This document shows positions 1 to 9,318 of a stretch of 64,000 nt of DNA, piece after piece. The translations under genes and the position numbers were made by a program. The stretch lies in contig JAKFBU010000006.1 in the NCBI GenBank assembly GCA_036676985.1, forward strand, positions 1 to 64,000. Reading direction: 5' to 3'. A model generated the notes under the pieces. It was given only the letters and a program-made list of their open reading frames with translations. It was not told the origin of the DNA and made no database searches. How positions within the stretch are numbered: position 1 is the stretch's first letter; the number at the start of each line of letters is the position of its first letter. Origin of the DNA: Candidatus Sericytochromatia bacterium (GTDB lineage Bacteria; Cyanobacteriota; Sericytochromatia; S15B-MN24; UBA4093).

Positions 1-5
1 CCCAG

Positions 6-77
6 AGCCGGATGTGGGATTCGAACCCACGACCTTTCGATTACGAATCGAATGCACTACCTCTGTGCTAATCCGGC
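6..77 (-). tRNA. tRNA-Thr (anticodon CGT)
   Basis: Reverse complement reads GCCGGATTAGCACAGAGGTAGTGCA-TTCGATT-CGT-AATCGAA-AGGTCGTGGGTTCGAATCCCACATCCGGCT: acceptor stem, GGTTCGAATCC T-loop and CGT anticodon. CCA is not encoded. Confidence 0.95.
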
Positions 78-229
78 GAAGGAGTGAATGATACCAAAGC
101 CCTTTTCGCTTGTAAAGTCGCCATCGGCCTCGACGCCCGCGAGGACCCGCGAGAGGCCCGCGAGCGCTGTGTTATAGTTGGGTATGGGCCGCGCCATCGG
201 CCACCCCGACCACCATAGATAGGCTCCCC

Positions 230-1972
230 ATGCAGCAACCCGAGATCTCCTGGCGTCTGAGGGTCGTGGACCCCGACGTCGTCGCCAAGCTCAGCTTCGA
301 ACTCGGCATCACCCCCCTCTTGGCCCGCATGCTCGCCGGTCGCGGCGTCACGGACGTCGAGGCCGCCCGCCGTTATCTCGGCCATGCCCCCTACGAGCTC
401 GACCCCTGGGCCCTGCCCGGCATCGAGAAGGCTGCCCGCCGCCTCGTCGAGGCCCTCGAGACGGGCGAGCCCGTCGTCGTCTACGGCGATTATGACGCCG
501 ACGGCGTTACGAGTACCTCCCTGCTCTTCGGCTACCTGGCGCGCGCGGGCTACAACGCCCACTACTTCCTGCCGCATCGCTTCGAGGACGGCTACGGCAT
601 GAACCGCCATGCCCTCCATGACCTCGCGACCCGCGGCCTGCGCCTGATCGTCACCGTGGATAACGGCGTGGCCTCCGTGGACGAGGTGGCGTTCGCCAAG
701 TCGCTCGGCATGGACGTCATCGTCACCGACCACCACACGCCGCCCGAGATCCTGCCCGAGCCCTTCGCCCTCATCAACCCGCGGCTCGGCGGCTGCCCGC
801 CCGAGATGGCGGGCCTCGCCGGGGTGGGCGTCGCCTACACCCTCGCATGCGCCCTCGAGGAGCTGGCACCCTCGGGCGGCGTCGAGGACCTCCTGGATCT
901 CGTCGCCATCGGCTCCATCGCGGATATGGCCCCCCTGACGGGCGTCAACCGCACGCTGGTGGGCCGCGGCATCCACCAGATCGCCACCGAGCCCCGCCCC
1001 GGCATCCAAGCCCTCGCCGAGATCGCGGGCATCAACAGCCTGACGGCCATCAACGCCACCGACATCGGCTTCCGGATCGGCCCGCGCATCAACGCCGCCG
1101 GCCGCATGGACCACCCCGAGGTCGGCCTCAAGCTCTTCCTCGCCGAGACCCTCGAGGACGCCCGCGACTTCGCCTTGGAACTGGACCGGCTCAACCGCCT
1201 GCGCCAGGAGACCTCCAAGCAGGTCGAGGCCGAGGCCCGCATGCTCGTCGAGACCGAGGTGGACCTTGCGGCCGAGGCCGCCATCGTGCTCGCCCACGAC
1301 GGCTGGCACCACGGCGTCATCGGCATCGTCGCCTCGCGCCTGGTCGAGCTCTACGGCCGGCCCGTCATCCTGTTCTCGAGCGAGGGCGACCTCTGGAAGG
1401 GCTCCGGGCGCTCGCCCGACCAGGTCAACCTGTTCAAGGCCCTGGAGGCTACCCGCGAGCACCTCCTGCGCTGGGGCGGCCATGCCCAGGCCGCGGGCGT
1501 GACCCTTCACAAGACCCACCTGGACGTCTTCAAGGCCGGGCTGGACGCGGCCATCCGCGCTCAGGGCGTGGACACCTCGACCCGGCCGGCGCGCATGGTG
1601 GATGCCGAGGTGGCGCTCGCCGACGTCACGCCGCGCGCCATCCGCGAGCTGGCGTGGCTCCAGCCCACGGGCCAGGGCAACCCCGAGCCCGTGCTCGCCA
1701 TCAAAGACGTGGCCGTCGTCCGCCAGAAGCTCCGCGGCAAGGAGAAGAAGCACCTCTTCCTCGAGCTGCGCGACGGCCTCGAGATCCGCGAGGCCGTGGG
1801 CTTCAACATGGGCCCCTTGCACCCGGTGTCCGAGCGGGTCGCCCTCGCCTTCACCCCGGAGTTCAACTACTTCCAGGGGCAGTTGAAGGTCCAGCTCCGC
1901 CTCCACGGCGTCGCGGAGCCCGGCATGATCGGCGCGGACGACCCGGCGAATTGCCTGGTACCCGGGGTATAA
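230..1972 (+). CDS. recJ: ssDNA-specific exonuclease RecJ
   Basis: DHH-family motifs YGDYDADG, TVDNG, VTDHH, GPRINAAGR, GGHAQAAG. Confidence 0.95.
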   Translation: MQQPEISWRLRVVDPDVVAKLSFELGITPLLARMLAGRGVTDVEAARRYLGHAPYELDPWALPGIEKAARRLVEALETGEPVVVYGDYDADGVTSTSLLFGYLARAGYNAHYFLPHRFEDGYGMNRHALHDLATRGLRLIVTVDNGVASVDEVAFAKSLGMDVIVTDHHTPPEILPEPFALINPRLGGCPPEMAGLAGVGVAYTLACALEELAPSGGVEDLLDLVAIGSIADMAPLTGVNRTLVGRGIHQIATEPRPGIQALAEIAGINSLTAINATDIGFRIGPRINAAGRMDHPEVGLKLFLAETLEDARDFALELDRLNRLRQETSKQVEAEARMLVETEVDLAAEAAIVLAHDGWHHGVIGIVASRLVELYGRPVILFSSEGDLWKGSGRSPDQVNLFKALEATREHLLRWGGHAQAAGVTLHKTHLDVFKAGLDAAIRAQGVDTSTRPARMVDAEVALADVTPRAIRELAWLQPTGQGNPEPVLAIKDVAVVRQKLRGKEKKHLFLELRDGLEIREAVGFNMGPLHPVSERVALAFTPEFNYFQGQLKVQLRLHGVAEPGMIGADDPANCLVPGV

Positions 1973-2143
1973 GGGGATAAGGCGGCCGTCGGGCCGTTTG
2001 GAGGCCAGGCCTCCCGGCGACGGCTGCCGCCAACTGTTCCCTCGGCGATCGCTTCCATCGTCGCGCGGCGTTGCGGTATACTTATTTGTTTGCGGCCCCG
2101 GGGAGGCAGCCTCCTTGGCCGGTGGACCGCGGGTGGGACGGGC

Positions 2144-4333
2144 ATGACGGCGATCGCAACCGAAGCGTTGACCACGACGATGCGCAAGTACGCGCCGCCC
2201 GACGAGATTGACCTCGTCGAGCGGGCCTACGACTTCGCGCACCAGAAGCACGGCGATCAGTTCCGCAAGAGCGGCGAGCCCTACATCATCCACCCCTACG
2301 AGGTCGCCCTGATCCTCGCGCAGCTCGAGGCGGACGGCGCCACCGTCGCCGCGGGCCTCCTGCACGACGTGCTGGAGGACACCGAGGTCACGCCCGAGGA
2401 GATGACCAAGCTCTTCGGCCGCGAGGTCTGCAAGCTGGTCGAGGGCGTCACCAAGCTCGAGAAGCTCAAGTTCTCCTCCAAGGAGGAGCGTCAGGCCGAG
2501 AATTTCCGCCGCATGTTCGTGGCCATGGCCAAGGACGTCCGCGTCATCCTGATCAAGCTCGCGGACCGCCTCCACAACATGCGCACGCTCAAGCACATGC
2601 GCCCGGAGAAGCAGGTCGAGATCTCCAAGGAGACGCTCGAGATCTTCGCGCCCCTGGCCCACCGGCTCGGTATGGGTAAGATCAAGTGGGAGCTGGAGGA
2701 CATGAGCCTCCGCTACATCCACCCCGACGAGTACTACAAGATCGCCAAGCTCCTGGGCGAGAAGCGCGAAGAGCGCGAGCGCTACATCCAGGAGGTCGTC
2801 GCCTCCATCGAGAGCGAGCTCGTCCGGGTCGGCGTCGAGACGGCCGACGTCTACGGCCGCCCCAAGCACTTCTACAGCATCTACATGAAGATGCTCCAGC
2901 AGGGCAAGGAGTTCACGGACCTCTTCGACATCACGGCCGTCCGCGTGCTGGTCGACAACATCAAGGAATGCTACGAGGTCCTGGGCATCGTCCACTCGCT
3001 GTGGCGCCCGATTCCGGGTCGCTTCAAGGACTACGTGGCCATGCCCAAGCCCAACCTCTACCAGTCCCTGCACACCTCGGTCATCGGGCCCGGCGGCAAG
3101 CCCCTCGAGGTCCAGATCCGCACCTACGAGATGCACCGGGTCGCCGAGTACGGTATCGCCGCCCACTGGCGGTACAAGGAGGGCGGCAAGGACGGCGGCG
3201 GCGCCCTGGCCGGCGCCGACCAGAAGCTCTCGTGGCTCCGGCAATTGCTCGATTGGCAGGGCGACGTCAAGGACTCCCAGGAGTTCGTCGAGACGGTCAA
3301 GGAGGATCTCTTCGCCGAGGAGGTCTTCGTCTTCAGCCCGCGGGGGGACGTGGTCGACCTGCCGGCCGGCGCCACGCCCGTCGACTTCGCCTACCGGGTC
3401 CACACCGAGATCGGCAACCGCTGCGTGGGGGCCAAGGTCAACGGCCGCATCGTCACGCTGGACACCCGGGTCAAGAACGGCGACATCGTCGAGATCCTGA
3501 CCTCCAAGACCGGCAAGCCGAGCCTCGACTGGCTCAACTTCGTCGCCGCCAGCTCCACCAAGAACAAGATCCGCGGCTGGTTCCGCAAGCAACGCCGCGA
3601 GGAGAACATCGCCACCGGCCGCGAGGCCCTGGAGCGCGAGATGGGCCGGGCGGGCCTCGAGCAGATCCTCAAGCACGAGAAGATCCTCGGCATCGCCCAG
3701 CGCCTCAACTACAAGGAGGTCGACGACCTCCTGGCGGCCATCGGCTACGGCGAGAAGACCAGCCAGCAGGTCGCGAACCTCATCCGCCAGGAGCTGGCCG
3801 AGCCCGAAGAGGTCACGCCCGAGAGCTTCAAGCCCAAGCCCATCGGCGGCAAGTCCCGCAGCGGCACGGGCATCCTGGTGGACGGCCTCGGGGGCATGCA
3901 GGTGGCCATCGCCAAGTGCTGCTCGCCGGTCCCGGGCGAGCCCATCATGGGGACGGTGACCCGCGGCAAGGGCATCACCATCCACTCGGACGAGTGTCCG
4001 AACTTGCTATCGGTCGAGCCCGAGCGCCGCATCACCGTCAGCTGGGCCGGCGTGCAGACCTCGGCCTCCTACCCCGTCGAGATCGCCGTCGAGGTCATCG
4101 ACCGGGTGGGCATCCTCAAGGACATCACCGTCCGCATCGCCGACATCAAGACCAACATCCGCACGGTCAAGGTGCGCCAGGCCAAGGACAAGATCGTCAT
4201 CATCACCATGATCATCGACGTGGTGGACATGGCCCACCTCCAGCGGGTGGTCAACACCCTCATCCGCATCCCGGACGTCATCACCGCCTACCGCGTCGCC
4301 AAGAGCCAGAAGTCGCGCGGCGCCCGCAAATAG
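2144..4333 (+). CDS. relA: bifunctional (p)ppGpp synthetase/hydrolase (RelA/SpoT homologue)
   Basis: HD domain (LLHDVLEDT), KLADRLHNMRTL, YQSLHT, TGS (TPVDFAY) and ACT domains. Start placed at ATG 2144. Confidence 0.95.
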   Translation: MTAIATEALTTTMRKYAPPDEIDLVERAYDFAHQKHGDQFRKSGEPYIIHPYEVALILAQLEADGATVAAGLLHDVLEDTEVTPEEMTKLFGREVCKLVEGVTKLEKLKFSSKEERQAENFRRMFVAMAKDVRVILIKLADRLHNMRTLKHMRPEKQVEISKETLEIFAPLAHRLGMGKIKWELEDMSLRYIHPDEYYKIAKLLGEKREERERYIQEVVASIESELVRVGVETADVYGRPKHFYSIYMKMLQQGKEFTDLFDITAVRVLVDNIKECYEVLGIVHSLWRPIPGRFKDYVAMPKPNLYQSLHTSVIGPGGKPLEVQIRTYEMHRVAEYGIAAHWRYKEGGKDGGGALAGADQKLSWLRQLLDWQGDVKDSQEFVETVKEDLFAEEVFVFSPRGDVVDLPAGATPVDFAYRVHTEIGNRCVGAKVNGRIVTLDTRVKNGDIVEILTSKTGKPSLDWLNFVAASSTKNKIRGWFRKQRREENIATGREALEREMGRAGLEQILKHEKILGIAQRLNYKEVDDLLAAIGYGEKTSQQVANLIRQELAEPEEVTPESFKPKPIGGKSRSGTGILVDGLGGMQVAIAKCCSPVPGEPIMGTVTRGKGITIHSDECPNLLSVEPERRITVSWAGVQTSASYPVEIAVEVIDRVGILKDITVRIADIKTNIRTVKVRQAKDKIVIITMIIDVVDMAHLQRVVNTLIRIPDVITAYRVAKSQKSRGARK

Positions 4334-4345
4334 CCGGAGTTTCCC

Positions 4346-4912
4346 TTGCGCGTCTACCTCGCCACCACCAACGCCCACAAGCTCTCCGAGTTCCAGCCCC
4401 TGCTCGGCGGAGCGCCCTTCGAGCTCCAGGCCATGCCCGAGGCCGTCGAGGTCGAGGAGACGGGCACGACCTTCGTCGAGAACGCCCGTCTCAAGGCGCG
4501 CACCTGCGCCGAGCGCTTCGGAGTGCCCTGCCTCGCCGACGACTCGGGGATTGCCGTGCGCGCCCTGGACGGTCGCCCGGGCATCGCCTCGGCCCGCTAC
4601 GCCGCCACCGACCACGAGCGCATCTCCAAGCTCCTGGGCGAGCTCTCGGACAAGCCCGATCGGACGGCCTCCTTCCACTGCGCCCTGGTGCTCGCCTACC
4701 CCGACGGCCGCGAGACCGTCGTCGAGGGCGTCGTCTCGGGCCGGGTGACGGAGGCCCCGCGGGGGGCGGGCGGCTTCGGCTACGATCCCGTCTTCGAGCT
4801 GCCGGACCTGGGCAAGACCTACGCGGAGCTCACGGCGGCCGAGAAGAACGAGCGCTCGCACCGAGCGGTCGCCGTCCGCGAGCTGCTCGAGGCCATGCGG
4901 GTCGCCCCTTGA
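4346..4912 (+). CDS. rdgB: non-canonical purine NTP pyrophosphatase (RdgB/HAM1)
   Basis: ATTNAHK, ENARLKA, DDSG, GFGYDPVF, SHRA motifs. Confidence 0.93.
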   Translation: MRVYLATTNAHKLSEFQPLLGGAPFELQAMPEAVEVEETGTTFVENARLKARTCAERFGVPCLADDSGIAVRALDGRPGIASARYAATDHERISKLLGELSDKPDRTASFHCALVLAYPDGRETVVEGVVSGRVTEAPRGAGGFGYDPVFELPDLGKTYAELTAAEKNERSHRAVAVRELLEAMRVAP

Positions 4913-5388
4913 CCCGCCTGCTCGTTGTCAGCGACACCCACGGCAAGGCCGATCTGTCGGCGATCGCCCGTCTCGCGAACGACTGCGATCTCGTCATCCA
5001 CCTGGGCGACGGCTTCGTGGACGGCCAGCGCCTCCAGTTCCTGCAGAAGGCTCCGGTCATCCAGGTCCTCGGCAACGCGGACCTGCCCCTCGACGTGGTG
5101 CCCGAGAAGCGCATCGAGGTGGAGGGCTGGAGCATCCTGCTGACGCATGGTCACCTCTACCATGTGAAGCGCCACCTGGTGGATCTGGTCGGGCATGCGG
5201 ACGACATGGGCTGCGACCTGGTCCTCTTCGGACACGTCCATCGCCCCATCTTCGAGGACTCCGGCCGCATCAAGGCCTTCTGCCCCTCCAGCGCCGCCTA
5301 CACGTATGACCATTCGCGCCCGTCGGTGGGCCTCCTCGAGCTGCGCCCGGGCGAGATCCGACCGGCCTGGTTGCCCGTCAACGCTTGA
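4909..5388 (+). CDS. YfcE/MJ0936-family metallophosphoesterase
   Basis: C-terminal part of ORF 2686..5388. TTG start overlaps the rdgB stop; motifs SDTHG, HLGD, GNAD, THGH, FGHVH. Confidence 0.88.
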   Translation: MTRLLVVSDTHGKADLSAIARLANDCDLVIHLGDGFVDGQRLQFLQKAPVIQVLGNADLPLDVVPEKRIEVEGWSILLTHGHLYHVKRHLVDLVGHADDMGCDLVLFGHVHRPIFEDSGRIKAFCPSSAAYTYDHSRPSVGLLELRPGEIRPAWLPVNA

Positions 5389-5461
5389 CGGATCGGGCCT
5401 GAACGGCTTGCTTGATGCACCTCCTCCCGATCGCCTATGATGGCCGTCTAGGGAGACGTCA

Positions 5462-6700
5462 ATGAAGCACATGGAACCCGACCGCCCGGCCCCGCTGGAT
5501 CTTGAACGCTTGCTTGCCGAGCACCGGCGCCATGCCGAGCAGCTCGCCGAAGCCAACGAGCGCCTTCAGCGCTACAGCGAGCGGATGGAGGCCGAAGTCG
5601 AGGCGCGGACCAAGGAGCTGGCCGTCGAAAAGCTCCTCATGGAGCGCATGGTCTCCACGGTGCCCGCGGCGATCGCCTTTCTCGACCGTAACCTCACGTT
5701 CCGGTGGGCCAACCCCGCCTGCCGCTGCTTTTCCGAGCTGGAGCCGGCCGCGTTCATCGGCCGCTCCGTCTACGAGGTCTTCCCGGGCATGGAGCGGCCG
5801 GACACCCTCCTCGAGGGCATCCTCGCCCACGGCGGCACGCGCCACGTCTCCGCCCTGCCGTGGCCGGGCATCGGCTACGTCGACGTCACCTACGTCCCCG
5901 TCTACGACGCCGCGGAGTGCCTGGAGGGCATCCTGACGTTCACGCTGGACGTGACGGCGCGCGTCGAGAACGAGCGCCTGCAAGCCGCCCAGATCGAGCA
6001 TCTCGAGGAGCTGGACCGCATGAAGGGCGACTTCCTCAACGCGGCCTCCCACGAGCTGCGCACCCCGCTCACCTCCATCCGGGGCTACGCCGAGTTCCTG
6101 GAAGACCTCATCGGCGGCCCCCTGACCGATACCCAGGTCGACTTCGTGCGCCATATCCAGGCGAGCGCGGAGCGCCTCCAGCGCATCGTGGACGACATGC
6201 TGGACTTCGCGCGCCTGGAGGCGGGGACCTTCCGCCTGGCCCCGGTGGAGTTCGACCTGGGGAGCCGCATCCGCCAGGAGGTGGCGAGCGTCCAGCCCCA
6301 GGCCCGCGAGGCGCAGCTGGAGCTGGTGGTGGCCGTGCCGGACGAGCCCGTCCTGGTGCAGCTGGATCCCGTGCGCATCGGCCAGGTCGTCCTGAACCTC
6401 CTGAGCAACGCCATCAAGTTCACGCCGCCCGGCGGGGCGATCCAGGTTCGGCTCCGGCCGGGGGCCGGACAGGTCCGCCTCGAAGTCCAGGACACCGGCA
6501 TCGGTATCGCCCCGGGAGATTGCGAGCGCCTCTTCGAGAAGTTCTACCAGGTCGACGCCAGCACCACCCGGGAGCGGGGCGGGGCGGGCCTCGGATTGGC
6601 CATCTCGCGCGCCCTGGTGGAGGCCCACGGGGGCATCCTGGGCGTGGAGAGCACGGTCGGCGAGGGCAGCCTGTTCTGGATCACCCTGCCGCAGCCGTAG
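5462..6700 (+). CDS. cytoplasmic PAS-domain sensor histidine kinase
   Basis: Coiled coil, PAS, H-box SHELRTPLT, N-box NLLSNAIKFT, DTGIG, GAGLGL. Confidence 0.92.
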   Translation: MKHMEPDRPAPLDLERLLAEHRRHAEQLAEANERLQRYSERMEAEVEARTKELAVEKLLMERMVSTVPAAIAFLDRNLTFRWANPACRCFSELEPAAFIGRSVYEVFPGMERPDTLLEGILAHGGTRHVSALPWPGIGYVDVTYVPVYDAAECLEGILTFTLDVTARVENERLQAAQIEHLEELDRMKGDFLNAASHELRTPLTSIRGYAEFLEDLIGGPLTDTQVDFVRHIQASAERLQRIVDDMLDFARLEAGTFRLAPVEFDLGSRIRQEVASVQPQAREAQLELVVAVPDEPVLVQLDPVRIGQVVLNLLSNAIKFTPPGGAIQVRLRPGAGQVRLEVQDTGIGIAPGDCERLFEKFYQVDASTTRERGGAGLGLAISRALVEAHGGILGVESTVGEGSLFWITLPQP

Positions 6701-6767
6701 GGCTACGCCTCCCCGCCACGCTCGATCTTCAGCACCTCCCAGATACGCCGCCAGAGAGATTGCCGCC

Positions 6768-8405
6768 ATGCTCGAAGCCCTCCGTCAGAACTTGCTCGCT
6801 TCTCCCCTCATGGTCCTGTTCCTGACCATCGGTCTCGGCTACATGCTCAGCCACCTCAAGGTGCGGGGTGTCGGGCTGGGCGTGGCGACGGTCCTCTTCG
6901 TGGGCCTCGCGATCGGCGCCTGGGGCGGCGGTGCGTTCGAGCTGCCGGAGATCGTGAGCCAGTTCGGCCTCCTGCTCTTCGTCTACACCATCGGCCTCGA
7001 GGCCGGTCCGGCCTTCTTCCGGATCCTTCGCCGGCGCGGCTGGGGGCTCGCAGCCCTCGCGGTCGGGGCGGTGCTCGCCGCAGCGGCCATGGTCGCAACC
7101 GCGACCAGATGGCTCGGCCTGGACCCGGCCCTCGCGGCCGGCCTCTTCTGCGGCAGCCTCACCAACACGCCGGCGCTCGCGGCCGTCAGCGAGGCCCTAC
7201 GCGGAACGCCCGGGGCACTGTCGCCCGCCATCGGCTATTCGATGGCCTATCCGCTCGGCGTCATCCTCCCCATTCTGCTGGTGGAGCTGACGTTGAGGCT
7301 CGGTCGGGTGGATGTCCGCCGGGAGGTCCAGACCGCCGAGCGTCAGGCGGGACAGTCCGTCGAGCCTCCGATGGTGATCGACCTCCGGGTCACCAACGAG
7401 GCCGTGGTGGGCAGGCCCATCGGGCAACTGCCCCTCGCCCACATGCCCCTGCGCATCAGCCGCGTCATGCGCGACGGCGAGGTCACGGTGGCCACCGCGG
7501 AGACGGTGCTGCAGCTCGGGGACATGGTGCACGTGGTCGGCCCCCGCTCGGCCCTCGACCAGGCCCGCGAGCTGATCGGCCCCGAGGTGGAGAATGCCCC
7601 CGGCCTCCTGAGCCGCCGCTCGGACGTGGACTTCCGGCGCATGATCCTCTCGAACCCGGAGCTCGTGGGCCGGCCGCTCGCCGCCATCGGGCTCGACCAG
7701 TACGGGGCGACCGTGACCCGCCTCCGGCGCGGTGATCGTGACTTCGTGCCCACGGCCGACACCGTCCTCGAGCGGGGCGATCGCCTCCGCATCGTGGCCC
7801 GCATCGACCAGATGGATGCGATCGCCAAGTACGTCGGGGATTCCTTCCGGGGCATCAGCGAGATGGACTTCCTGTCGCTCTCGGTCGGGGCGGTCCTGGG
7901 CCTGTTGCTCGGCATGATCCGCATCCCCCTGCCGGGTGGGATCAGCCTCCAGCTGGGCCTTGCGGGCGGCCCCCTCCTGGTGGCCCTCTTCCTGGGCTGG
8001 CGCGGGCGTACGGGCCCGTTCATCTGGAGCATGCCGCTTGCCGTGAACCTGACCTTGCGCCAGCTCGGCCTCGTCCTGTTCTTCGCGGCCGTGGGGCTGC
8101 GCTCCGGCGGCCACTTCGCCGAGGCCTTCGCCGCGCAGGGGCCCATGCTCCTGGCGGTGGGCGCCATCGTGACCTTCGTGTCCGCCGGCATCCTGCTGTG
8201 GGGCAGCATGTGGCTCTTGAGGCAGGACTTCGTGTCGGCCACGGGCCTGCTCGCAGGCGGCCAGACCCAGCCGGCCCTGCTCACCTTCGCCGGCGAGCGG
8301 GCCCAGTCCGAGGCCCCCAACGCGGCCTACGTCGCGATCATGCCGACGGCCATGATCGCCAAGATCCTGGCGGCTCAGCTCCTGTTGTGGGTGCTGGCGT
8401 CGTAG
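6768..8405 (+). CDS. AspT/YidE/YbjL-family transporter with two TrkA-C domains
   Basis: Duplicated membrane halves (GLLLFVYTIGL, GSLTNTPAL; LRQLGLVLFFAAVG, GGQTQPALL) flank soluble RCK-C repeats. Confidence 0.88.
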   Translation: MLEALRQNLLASPLMVLFLTIGLGYMLSHLKVRGVGLGVATVLFVGLAIGAWGGGAFELPEIVSQFGLLLFVYTIGLEAGPAFFRILRRRGWGLAALAVGAVLAAAAMVATATRWLGLDPALAAGLFCGSLTNTPALAAVSEALRGTPGALSPAIGYSMAYPLGVILPILLVELTLRLGRVDVRREVQTAERQAGQSVEPPMVIDLRVTNEAVVGRPIGQLPLAHMPLRISRVMRDGEVTVATAETVLQLGDMVHVVGPRSALDQARELIGPEVENAPGLLSRRSDVDFRRMILSNPELVGRPLAAIGLDQYGATVTRLRRGDRDFVPTADTVLERGDRLRIVARIDQMDAIAKYVGDSFRGISEMDFLSLSVGAVLGLLLGMIRIPLPGGISLQLGLAGGPLLVALFLGWRGRTGPFIWSMPLAVNLTLRQLGLVLFFAAVGLRSGGHFAEAFAAQGPMLLAVGAIVTFVSAGILLWGSMWLLRQDFVSATGLLAGGQTQPALLTFAGERAQSEAPNAAYVAIMPTAMIAKILAAQLLLWVLAS

Positions 8406-8423
8406 CGGCGCTCCCGAAACGCA

Positions 8424-8455
8424 TTCGCCCCCGCTCGGTGCCGAGCGGGGGCGAA
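8424..8455. terminator. GC-rich hairpin between convergent genes
   Basis: TTCGCCCCCGCTCGG-TG-CCGAGCGGGGGCGAA perfect inverted repeat. Confidence 0.7.
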
Positions 8456-8585
8456 CGCTATGGTGGAAGGGCCATGTTGCCAGCAACGCCATTGTCCCGG
8501 TCGACCCAGTAATCAGGAGACGTTATCACGTCGCGAACGGGGGCGGCATCCGTAAATCTTACGCGTCCCCCCGCGCGGGAGCACG

Positions 8586-9215
8586 TCAGGACAGGGCCGG
8601 TTGCGGCGTCGTGGGCGCGGCTTGCGCGGGCGCATCCTTCTTGTCCCGCAGGTAGTCGAGGAAGCCGAAGACCTTGGAGCGGACCCAGTTGTCGCCCCAC
8701 GAGTACCCGATGAAGCCCGCGACGAAGCCGACGATCGTCAGCGGGAGGCCGGCCAGGCCGAGGGCGCCCACGAGGGCCGTGCTCGCGCCGGCCAGGAGCG
8801 CCGAGCCCACGCCGCCTGCGATGCCGGCGGTGGTGTCGACGGCGATCATCTTGGCCGCCCGGGCCCCCGTCTCCTCCTTGCGGTAGAAGCGCAGGCCGTG
8901 CACGACGAGCGACATGATCCCCGAGACGGCGCCTCCGATGAGGCCCGCCTTGCCGAGCATGCGGCCGACGCCGCCGACGGCGGCCGCCACCGTGCCCTCG
9001 CCCGCGATCGCCCGGGGCACCGCCCGGATGGCCTCGCGGGCCGGCGTGATGTTGGCATACGACTCGTAGGCGTGGGCGGCGAACTTGCCCATGGCGTGGA
9101 GGCTGCCGTCCGCGAGGCCCTGGGCCGAGATCTCGGAGGGCACGGCCAGCTTGGCCAGCGCGTTGAGCTTGGGACGGGCGTAGGTGGGGGTCGAACCGGG
9201 CTGGATGCTCGCCAT
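8586..9215 (-). CDS. hypothetical Gly/Ala-rich hydrophobic (glycine-zipper) protein
   Basis: RBS GAGGAG before ATG 9215; GxxxG-rich hydrophobic helices (GLIGGAVSG, AGIAGGVGSALLAG, VGFVAGFIG); no Sec signal peptide evident. Confidence 0.75.
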   Translation of the reverse strand: MASIQPGSTPTYARPKLNALAKLAVPSEISAQGLADGSLHAMGKFAAHAYESYANITPAREAIRAVPRAIAGEGTVAAAVGGVGRMLGKAGLIGGAVSGIMSLVVHGLRFYRKEETGARAAKMIAVDTTAGIAGGVGSALLAGASTALVGALGLAGLPLTIVGFVAGFIGYSWGDNWVRSKVFGFLDYLRDKKDAPAQAAPTTPQPALS

Positions 9216-9318
9216 GGGCTGTCTCCTCGGACGGGGGGCCATGCGAGTTTTAGCCGTTAGGCGGGTGTTAATCGGTTAGGTGGTGGGAAAGAGGGATTAA
9301 AGTTTGTGTTAAGAGGCG

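Noticed and set aside
68-3985. 1305-aa minus-strand ORF and other long antisense ORFs (e.g. 24946-27216, 43898-45694, 61043-63184)
   Set aside because: Shadow frames opposite well-supported genes; stop codons are rare in high-GC coding DNA.
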